A DNA stretch of 64,000 nucleotides from Salinimicrobium sp. (GTDB lineage Archaea > Thermoplasmatota > Poseidoniia > Poseidoniales > Poseidoniaceae). The DNA lies in assembly GCA_964228865.1 (NCBI GenBank), contig CAXRAI010000064.1, forward strand, positions 5,863 through 69,862, read 5' to 3'. Of the stretch, positions 18,855 to 30,800 are shown piece after piece. Each line of letters starts with the position of its first letter. The first letter of the stretch is position 1. The notes beneath the pieces were generated by a model that was not told where the DNA came from, did not search any database, and was given only the letters and a program-made list of their open reading frames with translations. A program made the translations under genes and the position numbers.

Positions 18855-21800
18855 ATGACAATGTTGGGAATGACGAACAAGAAGAAGACCGCTATGGGTG
18901 GCATCGGCATCGCCGTGCTGCTCACGTTGCTGATGGCCCTGACCCCGATGACGGGGATCGTGGGGAACCCCATCGACGACAACGTTTTGGCGGCAGAGCA
19001 AAACCAGGTTGCCGAAGAAGACATCTTCGCGCAGCCCGAGAAACTGGAACCTGTGGACCTTGGTTTCGCTGACAGCAGCGAAATCATGGGCGCCCGAGAT
19101 GCGAACATGAAGACCTTCCGCAATGCGGACGGGACCTTCACGCAGATCGTCTCGGACGAGCCCCTCCACTACGACAACGATGGCACCTGGAGTGACATCG
19201 ACCTCAACCTGAAGGCCACGGCGTTCGGTTGGGAAGTTGTCGAGAACACCTTCAACTCCGCCTTTTCGGCTGAAGTTGCCAACGGTGTTGTGATTCAGCC
19301 AAGCGAGTGGGTTGACCCGATCATGACCGGTCTCAACCCGACCCTCGTGGTGATGGACGAATCCGGCACGAGCCACACCCCATTCGAGGCGCCTCCGGCG
19401 ACCTCTGAAGTCACGGTGGGCGGCAACACCATCCGTTACCCCATCGCGGAAGGCTTCGACCTCGATTACGAAGTCAACACCTTCCAAGTGAAGCAGAACC
19501 TCGTGATTCGCGAGCGCCCCATCATCGATGAAGGCGCGCACTGGTTCGGCTTCTCTGAGGCCATGCGCCTCCCCGCCGGTCACGCCCTCTACAGCGGCGA
19601 GGTCATGGTCGGTACCGACCTGGTCCAGACCGACGGGCACCTGGAGATCCGTAACATGGAAACCGGCGAACTGTACGCCGAGATCCCCTCGCCAATGGTC
19701 ATTGAGCCAGGCGTCGAAGAGCCTTACTTCGGGACTTTCTTCGTGATGGCCCAAGGCCCCATGGTCTTCCTGACCACGGCCGTTGAGACCGCGTGGCTCA
19801 TGGACGACGAGCGGGTGTTCCCGCTCGGGCTTGACCCCACGATCACGGTGACCAGCGCCGGTGGCGGTTACTGTTACATCTCCTACAACAACTGCTACAA
19901 CAGCAACTACCGTTACATGTACCACAACTCGTACGGCGGGAAGTCCAGCAGCACCTTCCGCCCGTACTACTTCTACACGCCTTGGCACAAGTTCACCTTC
20001 ACGAGCAGCAACGCCCTCCCAACCGGGGCTTCTCTGGACAAGATCGAGTACAAGGAATACGTGAACTACCACTACTCCTACCTCTCCAACAGCAAGGTCG
20101 ACTATGACATCAAGGTCATGGAAGACTGCGGTACCTCGCGACCTGCGACCTCCGCGACCGGCAGCGCGCCGACCAGCGGCTACTACTACTACCAAACCTA
20201 CAGCGGGTACACGATGGGCTCCCCCACCTGCAGCGGCGCCATCAGCACCTCGTACTTGACGAGCGGCTACGGCGGTACTGCCCAGAAGGCGATGATCATC
20301 TCCGCGGTCCACTCCGCTGGCGTTGCCATGGACGAGTCCGACCACGGCACCGGCTGGAAGAGCGCCACCTTCTGTGACTCCACCGGCAGCGTGTCCTGTT
20401 CGTCCTCGACGCAGGCCGGTTACATCTGGTCCGCGCTCAACGGCACGTCCACCGTCGGTATCTCGAAGTCCTTCGACAACTCCGGCATCGGAACCACCGG
20501 AACCAACTCCGGTACCCGCCAATACGCCTACAACCGTGCCTACACCAGCGGTTCGTCGAACAGCTACATCGCTCTGACCTACTCGGGCGGTACCGACAGC
20601 GACGCCCCGACGGCCACCTTCGGCGAGTACGACGGCATCACGTCCTACATCGAGGGCGAGCGCACCTTCTTCATCGGTCTGTCCGACACCTCCGGTGTCG
20701 ACACCACGAGCGGTAACGAACCGACCCTGTACTACGCCATCAACAACGGCTCCTACACCTCGGTGTCCGCCACGACGATCGGAACGTGCACCACCTCCTC
20801 GACGATCTGCCAGTTCAAGGCGCAGACTGCCGACATCAACGCCGGCGATTACGTGACCTACTACTGGTGGTACCAAGACCTGAACGTCGACAGCACCGGT
20901 GCCTCCGACCCCAACGAAGGGTACACCCCAGCGTTGACCGGTACGCAGACCACCCCGACGCCGTTCTGGTTCTTTGTCGACGACGTCAACAACGCCGGCG
21001 ACGACAAGAAGATGGTCCAACTGTCGACCAAGGTCAACAGGGCCAACCTCTTCAGCCCAACCAAGTTCTTTGACGAGCAGATGACCTACTTCGACCAGAG
21101 CGACGAGTACTACTTCGAGTTCGACACCTCCGACTGTGGCACCGGCGCCAGCCGCTGTTTCTACGTTGGATCCAGTTCCTCCAACTACTTCTACAACAAC
21201 TGGATCGTTCAGTGGCAGACCTCGACCTACCCTGCAACCTCGTCGTACAACACCGGCGGTTCCAGCCCCGGTAAGGTCTACCTCGATGACGACAATGGCG
21301 GCTACCTCAGCATCTCGGCCGATGACGGTCCTGGCATGAACCTCGTGTTCCTCTGGGACGGTGACGAGTTCGCCATGGTCGGTATCGGTACCGAACCCAG
21401 CATCGAGGAGCCTCTGGCCGGTGGAAGCACCGCCTCTCAGGTCTCGACCTACGGGTACACCGCCGCCCACCGCTACGTCGTCCCCGGTGACATCACCGGT
21501 GAGTTCGCGGGCTACTCTTGGAACGCCACCTACTCGAGCACCGGCCAGAACGTCTTGTGCGCGGGTACCAACGGATGGACGCACTTCCTGCGCTCCTCCT
21601 CCGGCAGCCCAAGCTGTTCCTCTGGTTACTACTACGTGTACAACACGAACTACAAGTGGAACGGATTCGCCCTTGGTGCGGGTTACTACGCCCGTACGGG
21701 TGCCGGTGCAGCCGTGACGTACGACGTCATGAAGATCGCACCAGAGCCCGACACCTACGCGCCGACGATCGTTCACGATGGCCTTGCTGACTCCTACGCT

Positions 21801-24800
21801 CGCACGCGTACGGTGACTGCGACCATCAGCGACGGCGGTTCCCCGCCTGCTGGACTGAACGTCAGCACCTCGGCCGGAACGGGCCCAACGCTCTACTACA
21901 GCGTCAACAACGGCACGACCACGTCCATCCGCATGTCTCCAGTCGGCAACACCGACGCACAGTGTGTGTTGGCAACCTGCGACTGGGCAGCTGACATCGC
22001 GAACCTGAACACCTCGGATTACGTTGAGTACTACATCACTGCTCAGGACGTCTCAACCGACGTGACCACGCCCAACTCCGTGCAGTCCTCGACGTCGAAC
22101 TTCGATGTTGGTGACCCCAACAAGATGTTCATCGTCGAGTGGCACGACATGGGCTACACCAGTGCTTACCTCTGCACCTATCAGGTGGTCTTCTACGACG
22201 TGACCAACGAGTTTGAGTTCAAGTACGACACCGGCTGTCAAGTCTACGTCGACTACTCCGCGACGGGCTACCAAGACCAGACGCGCTCGAAGGGTGAAAC
22301 CCTCCAGAAGGGTAACGGATGGTTGTACGGCTCCAACCCGTTCACCACCAACTACCGCATGCACACCTCCTCGACGAGCAACGGCCATGAGACGTTCTCC
22401 CCTGGTCTGACCGAGATCAAGAACTACGACACGGCCCTCAGCGGCAGCAGCAGCGGTACGCCCTACGGCTACTACTGTGCGTACAGCTGGTACTGGAACA
22501 CCTACAAGTCCAGCTGCAACGCTAACATCGACATGCCCGATGACTTTGACTTCGAGTACTTCGGCACCCTCTACGAGGGCACCGACTCGAACGACCGCAT
22601 CCGCCTTGGTCGCCAGGGCTACATGTACTTCATCGACAACGGTGCCACCAGCCTCGAGCGTGGTGTCTCCACGTGGAGCAGCAACTTCCCGAACATGCCC
22701 TACTCGGGCAACTCGGCCTCGCGCCCCGGCACCATTGCGCCGTGGTGGGGTTACTACACCTCCTACTACTGCTACGACAACACTGCGATTGACTGCAGCG
22801 TCCGCTACCGCACCATGCCGTACAACGGCAAGGGTACGGACATCGACGCCGACATCACCACGGACACCACGTGGGACATCGACGACAGCCCAATCCGCAT
22901 CAACCCGAGCAACGACTACCTGTCCATCTCTGCCGACCTCACCATCGAGCCCGGCGTCGTGGTCCAGGTGGCCAGCGGCAAGGGAATCTCCTTCGACGGC
23001 TCGTGCGACGAGATGAAGATCAACGGCAACGCCGCGAACCCCGTCCTCTTCGAGGGTCAAGCGGGTGGCGATTGGAAGGGCATGGCGTTCACCGCCGCTT
23101 GTGCTTCCGGCACCGACGACCGACACGAGTTCTCTCACGTCGACTTCCGCAACACCAGCGATGCGGCCATCGCTGCGGGTAGCCGCCACGGCAGCTCCCC
23201 CAGCACAAACGCCAACGTGGGCAACTTCACCATGAACGACGTGACTTTCACGAACGTCGCTGCGGCCTTCCAGCACGGCTCTGGCCAAGGCACGGTCGTC
23301 GAAATGACGAACTTCGCCGTTGATGGCGCGGACAACGCGTGTTTCAACTTCGCTGAGGACACCGTCGCCATTCTGCGCGAGGGTTCCATGAAGAACTGCA
23401 ACACCAATGGACAGAGCTGGGGCGGTGCGATCGTCAACTACCCAGGTTCCAACGCCGGCAGCCTCTTTGTTGAGAACGTCACCGTCACGAACTCCTACGT
23501 GAACTTCATCGACGTTGATTTGCAAGACGTGACCGTCTCCAACGTGAGCGTCAGCAACTCCGCCGCTCAGACCGGTGTGGCCATCGATGCCATGCACGGC
23601 ACCAACGCCGACGTGCACCTCTACAACGTCAGCGTGACCGACTACGCCAACAGCGGTTTCAACGCCGTGTCCAGCATTTACATGGACGACGTGGACTTCG
23701 GCAGCGCCGACCTTTGGATCACCCCCAACGGATGGGGTTCCTCCGCCGTCGGCCCAGTGGGTGACAATGCGGTCATGAAGAACGTCGATTCCGGTGACAT
23801 CACGATGCAGCGCATCCACTTCGGTGTCTTTGAGGACATCACGGCGGGCGATGTGTCGATCTCCGGCACCACGACGCACACCGAGACCGAGGTTTGGAAG
23901 AACCTCGACATCGGTGACCTGACCATCAACGGTGGTGCATGGAGCCTTATCCTCGAGAACGCGGACGTCAGCCGTCTGTACAGCTTCTCGACCTCGGCCA
24001 CGAACACCATCGTGATGGAGCAAGGCTCGAGCATCGACCACGACGATTCCTCTGTGGACGCCGTCTACGGTCGCAACTCCGACATCACCCTGGCGTCGGT
24101 CGCCATCACCTCCAGCAACATCGACGGCAGCAGCAACTACGTCGCCAAGGCCTCGTCGAACAGCGACATCGTCCTGATCGACGTCTCCTACGACGACGGA
24201 ACCGGCTCTTCCGACTGTGCGGACTCCAGCGGCGACACCTCCAACTGTCCGGTTGACGTTTCGTCCTCCGCGACCGTCTGGTACGGTGGCCTTGCTCAGG
24301 TCTCCCTTTACCGTGAGGCCCTGATCAACAACGTCGTGACCAAGGTCTACAAGTCCGGCCACAGCGTCCGGACCACGGTGATGGACACCTCGTCCAGCCC
24401 TGCGGCTGCCCTCTTCGAGATTGGAACCGCAGAGACCGACTCCTTGGGCATGGCCGAGGCATGGGTCGTCTCCGGTGACTCCAACGGCAACACCTACTCC
24501 GACCACCAGATCTTCGGATGGGGTGCTGCCGGTCAGAACGAGACCCTCCTCTCGTCGGCTTGGTACCCAAGCGGCGGCTTTGGTTTCGGTGACCAGATTG
24601 AGTTGCTCCTGCAACCCGCTCCGATCAACTTTGACCAGCCCAACATGGACTGCACCTGGATGTCCAACAACCAGACCTTCCAAGGCGCGGAATCCAGCCC
24701 AGGCGTCTACGTCTTCGACAGCTTCCCAATGACGCTGTCGGCTGACCTCGACATCAACGGCTGTACCCTCGTCATGATGGGTTCCGTGATGACCGTTGAC

Positions 24801-27800
24801 GCCTCGGCGACCAACAGTCCGGTTCTGACCATCAGCAACGGTGGTACGCTCCTCGTGAACGTCTCCTCCGACACGGGTGGCAAGGGCACCATCAAGGCAC
24901 AGAGTGCGTCCTATGGTGTGCGTCTGGATGTCGCGGACGGAACGCTTTCCGTCGCCGGTGGCATTCTGAAGGATCTCCACCAAGACTCCTCGACGATGTC
25001 TGCACTTTACATTGGAAGCGACGGTGCCTTGGTGCTCTCCGAATCCGCTGAAGTTTACGGCGCACAAGCGTCCAACGACGACATGGCGACGGTCAAGATC
25101 GACCGTGGAAGCGTCAGCATCAGCGACTCCAGCATCATCAACACCGCTGGCACGGGTACCGCCCTGTGGATCGAAGGATCCGCCGCCTCCGTGGACAACA
25201 TTGTGGTGAAGAACGGTGCTGTGGGCATCATGTCGAAGAACGCGGCGCCTCAGATTGACGGCTTCACGTCCACCGACAACACCGTCGGTGTCGACATGGA
25301 GGGTGGCATGAGCCTCCCGACCATCTACCGCTCGCCCTCGCTTGCTGGCGTGAGCCGTGGATGGCAGACCTACGACATCGACCTCTCGGCGTTCATCGGC
25401 AACAGCGACTACCTCCAGGTGGGCGCCAACTCGATCTACGCCGGTGGTAACGCTCACCCGTACTACAACTACTGGACGAGCAAGTACTACTTCATCACCG
25501 ACCGCTACCGCATGGAGTTGACCGACAACAACGGCAACACCTGGAACATCAGCGCTGGTGACACGGGTTACTACCCATACAGCTCGAGCGACCCCAACGA
25601 GGGCGTCGGCGATGTCGGCACCTACCAAGGTGGCAAGGGCGGTGTGCCCCAGTGGGACTGCAACTACTACGGTGTGGACTATGGCCCCAACCGTGTTGGG
25701 ACCAGCGGTTACTACGGATACGGCCAGACTGGCGTGTACTGGTACTTCACCGGTAACTCCGGAACCTACCCCAACTACTACACCAAGCCCGCTCAGTTCG
25801 GCTTCTCTTGGGAGAGCATCGACGGCGTGACCCCGACCGGATCCTACGCCTACTACCCATACCACTACTGGGGCTACGGCACCTACAGCTGGGCCGGTTG
25901 GAGCGGCGTCATGGTTCCCCCCGAGGGCTTTGTGAGCTCCTACAACTACAACGTCTGTTTGGACTATGCTTACTCGTACTACATGAACAGCGGTCAGGGC
26001 GCTCGCGTGACCTTCCCAATCGTGGACATCTCCGCCAGCAACCTGACCTCGGCTACGATGTACATCGATGTCCTGCACAACCGTGCAAACAACTACCAGG
26101 ACCGGTACGAGTTCGTGGCCCGCTCTGGAAACGATCCATCGGACCTCGGCGACTACAAGCGTGAGTCCGGTACGCCCTTGTTCAAGGACGGCACCATCAA
26201 CGGCGCTGACGTCGGTGTGGAAATCGGTGGCGACTTCGCCGCTGGTCACCTCGACACCGTCGAGATCAACAGCCCGAACGACGCCGGTATCATGGTTGAC
26301 GGTTCCACGATGGCGAGCGCCGACGGCGTCACCGTCAACGGTGGCGACTACGGTGTCCTCATCGCCAACGGCGCTGCTGGCAGCATGGACCTCGATAACA
26401 TGGATCTGGATTCCCAGACCGTGGCCGGTATGTACTACGTCAAGGACTTCGGCGGTGACTTCACCGGTACCGTGTCCAACAGCGCAGGTGCAGCCATGAA
26501 GTTCGGACCAAGCACCACGAAGGACCTTGCCTACGACACCGTTGACTTCAGCGGCAACAACGTTGGCTTCGACCTTGCAGGTAGCGGTGGATTCACCTTC
26601 GTCGACTCGACGATGGGCAGCACCTCCAACGACTTCAAGATCAGCGGTTCGTCCGTGGTCGAGTTCATCGAAGGAACCGTGGACAGCACAAGTGTTGACG
26701 TCACCGGATCTGGTGAGTTCAACCGCATGCGACAAATCGACGTGACCATGACGGCCGATCAGAGCGACGGCAACGGCGCTGTTGGTGTGTCCGATGTCGC
26801 CGTCGTGCTTCGTAACTCGGAAGGGGCTACGGCCTCGTCCGGAACCACGGACACGTCCGGTATTGCGCAGGACCTGACCTTCACGACGATTGTCGTGGAC
26901 GTTGGTGGCCTCCACACGCAGGACTTGAACGGTTACACCGTGTCCTCTGTGGCCATGGTGGACTACTACTGGACCTCCTCGAGCGACAACAACGCGGACT
27001 TCCGATACGTCGAAGAAGGCATCAGCGTCAGCGACACGAGCGGCAACACCGCCACGGTCGAGCTCATTGACGAGTTTGACCACCGTGTGTGTTACTACTT
27101 CACCTCTGCCAGCTACAACTACGTGAACCGCTGTGCGAACGGTTGGTCCTCCACCGGCTCAAGCCGTGTGTTTAGCAACGGCCTTGAGGAGCACGGCTAC
27201 TACTACGGCTCCGTGGACGGTACCGACTTCACGGGCGACGCGGTCATGGTCGACGCGCCCAACTGGTACCTCGGTGGCGACACCTACGAGTGGAACAGCA
27301 CGACCCTGATTTGGACCGGCTCTTGGGCCACCACTGACCTGTCGCGCATGATTCCGCGCTACAACCAGGAAGTCAACATGTACGTGCACGACTCGACCAT
27401 CATGAGCATGTCCGTGAACGACGACGGCGACCTTGCCGGAATCGACTTCGGTTACATGTACTACTCGATGAACGTGGACGCCAACAACACCGACTTCAAC
27501 GGCATCGCTTCCATCATCGGCGCGATCGGTTACGGCTACTACAACGAGTACGAGCTGGACTTCTTCAACGTGCGAAACTCGACGATCACCCACTACAAGG
27601 GCTGGTCGCCGTTGAACAACGCGATTCAGGTCCAGGACATGTGCATGCGCATCAACGGCGGTGAAGGCAACATCATCGAGAACAACACGTTCATCGATTG
27701 TGCTGTGGGCATCGAAATGACGCGCTCTCCGTACTATTGGAGCCACAGTTCCTACGAGATCGGTGCGGACAACATCACCATCCAGTACAACACGTTCGAA

Positions 27801-30800
27801 GACGGTGGCGAAACCTCCGACATCCGCTTCTACCCGAACGCGAACGCTGAAGGTGCAATGGTTGTCGGCAACACCATCAACAACACGCTTGGTGGAAACT
27901 CCGCCATCTCGGCATGGGACAGCACCATCGAAGACCTGACGATCAAGGACAACACCATCCGCGGCTTCACCGAGGACGGCATCTACCTGAACGACATCAA
28001 GGGCTTCGAAGTGAGCGGTAACGAGATGTATGGACCCGGTGAAGACTCCGCTGCGATTTACGCCAACGGTGGCTACGGTGACATCATGGACAACGTGATT
28101 GTCGACTCCGACATTGGTATCCTCATGTCCGAGGCTTCCCAGCCCGTCGGCACCACGACCAACCTGTGCCAAATCGACGGCAACTACGGCTACGGCGACA
28201 GCTGCACCTTCAACTTCGCTGGCAACGGTACCACCCTTGTCATCGACATTGAGACCGACAGCTGGGGCTACGAGATCTCCCTTGAGATCACCAAGCCTGA
28301 CGGCACCAAGGACACCTGGAGCACCTACACCTTCAGTTCCAACACGGCCTACAAGCCTCTGACGACGTACACGGCTGCCGGAACCTACAGCATCTCTGTC
28401 TCCGACAGCTGGGGCGACGGTGGAATCACCTTGGACGCCTACTACACGTCGGCGCAGAGCGGTGTCTCCGGCCCCGTCATCAGCGGCAACGACATCTCGA
28501 TGTCGCCCGGCTCCTCATTGATGGCCACGACCGGTATCCTCGTTGAGGACTGCACGGGTACGGGCATCAACATGGCCGACAACTTCGTCGCCATGCCCAC
28601 CGACGCCGTCCTGACCGACGGCTGTGACGTCTACGATGAGAACTCCGAACTCCTCGGTGGCGACCAAGCCTCGACGTCCGGATTCGTGAGCACCAGCGGT
28701 GACACGGTGACCCTCAGCGGCACCACGATCTCGGGCTACGAGACCGGTGTGGAATCCGACGGTGGTGTCCTCAGCATCATCGACAACGCCACCATCGGCG
28801 GTGAGAGCGAAGGTGTTTGGGCCTACGACACGCAGTTGTTGATCAACTACGCCGAACTCGACGGTGGAGCCTCCGGTGTGGGTCTCCTCCTCGAGGACAG
28901 CGGTGAGGCCCTCATGTACTGCGTCGACCTTGAAGGTGCGGCGGGCATGGAGATCTACAACACGGACTTCCGCTACAACATGGGCGACGTGAACGCTGAG
29001 AGCGCCATCTTTGTCTCGGACTCGGTCGGTAAGATCGAGAACTTGACGTGGACCTCTGCGGTCACGACGCAAATCGAGTTGGACCAGGGCGCGATGGTGA
29101 CCTCCATCGGCCAGGACTTGACCCCGTCCCTGCTCATCGTGCCCACGGGTACGATGATCGACGAGGCCAACCTCCTCGACATCGCCGCCCAGCACTTGAG
29201 CGCACCCGTCACCTCTGAGGTCGGCGTCTCCATCGTGAGCACCGACGGCCTCCGAGCGGCCTACATCTCGCCGGACTTCCAGTCCGACGCGATGGCCGTT
29301 GACGGCGACAACGCGGACTGGGTCGGCTCCGAGCTGAACCCATCCGATGATGCGATGCCCGGCGAGTTGACCGAGAACTTCTACGTGACCTACACGGAGA
29401 ACGACGACCTGTACGTGGCCATTGACGGCCTCGACCTGTCCACCTCGGACCTGTTGGTGTACTTCGACGTCACCGGTGGCGGTTCTGACGAAGGCTACGA
29501 CTACGGTGCCTCCGGCGCCCACGACTTGCCCTTCGAGGCCGACTTCGTCTACTGGGCTGAGTCTGACGCGAGCAACGACCTGTACGCCTACGGCTTCCTC
29601 GGCTGGGGCGTGACGTCGCTGTCCGCCGACAACGTTGACGCTGACTTCTCTGGCGACTTCGCCGAGATCATGGTGCCCTTCAGCCGCCTTGGCGGCATGC
29701 CGAGCTCCGTGCGCATGATTGCCATCGTGCAGAGCGACAGCAGTGCTGACGTCAGCGAGGTCTATCCCGACCAAGCCATGGACACGACGACCACCCTCCA
29801 GGACTTCAGCGAGTACTACACTGTGGTGCTCGGTGCGAACAACCTGCAGGACGGCGTGCTCGAGGACGAGGTGCTCACCTACCGCACCTTCCTTGGCAGC
29901 AACGTGCCATCGGCCGCGAAGGAGTACGACGTGATGATCAAGCACACCAACGACGACTGTGCCGTTGACTGGGCGACCGAAGATGCGGTCAACATGTCCG
30001 ACAACGTTGCCCTCACGATGGACATCCAGCGTGCGTGCCCAACGATCGGCAGTTCCCTCGCGAACATCACGGTGAGCGAAGACTCCGCGGCGTACACCGT
30101 CTCGTTGACCTCCTACGCCTCTGACGTGCAGGACGCCGCCGGCGACCTCACGTGGGCTGTTGACGAAGGCGAGACTGTGGTGGTCTACGGCAACACGCCG
30201 ATGCCCGCCGAGGGTCTGGTCAGCTGGACCCTTTCGGGTCACGACCTCAGCATCACCCCGACCGCCGATCAGTTCGGTACGGTGCAGTTCAACTTCACCG
30301 TGACCGACAGCAACGGCCTGACGGACGAGCGTTCCATCCACTTCATCGTGGAGAACGTCAACGATGCTCCCGAGATTTGCCAGCGCGACACCAACGGCGA
30401 CTGTGTGGACACCGTGATGCTCTTCGGAGACGCGGCGCACGTGAACTACATCCCTGAGGACAGCCTCGTGGGTGGCCAGAGCGTGTCTGTGATCCTCTCG
30501 GACCGTGCCAACACCGGTGCAAGCGCACTGAACCTCATCAAGGACCAGGCGAACGAAAACGATCCGTCCCGCCAAATCTACACGTGGGGCGTGTCCGTTG
30601 ACGAGGCTTGCCCGCTGTTCACGGTGGGCATGGTGGACGACACCTTCCTGACGGTGACCGGCAAGTCCGGCATGGCCTTCGAGGCCGGCGGTTCGTGCGA
30701 CATCACGCTGACCCTCGCCGACGACGGTGCTGAGAACCAGAACGCCGTTGACGAGATCATCACCATCAGTGTGGTGCCCGTGAACGACGCTCCGACCATC

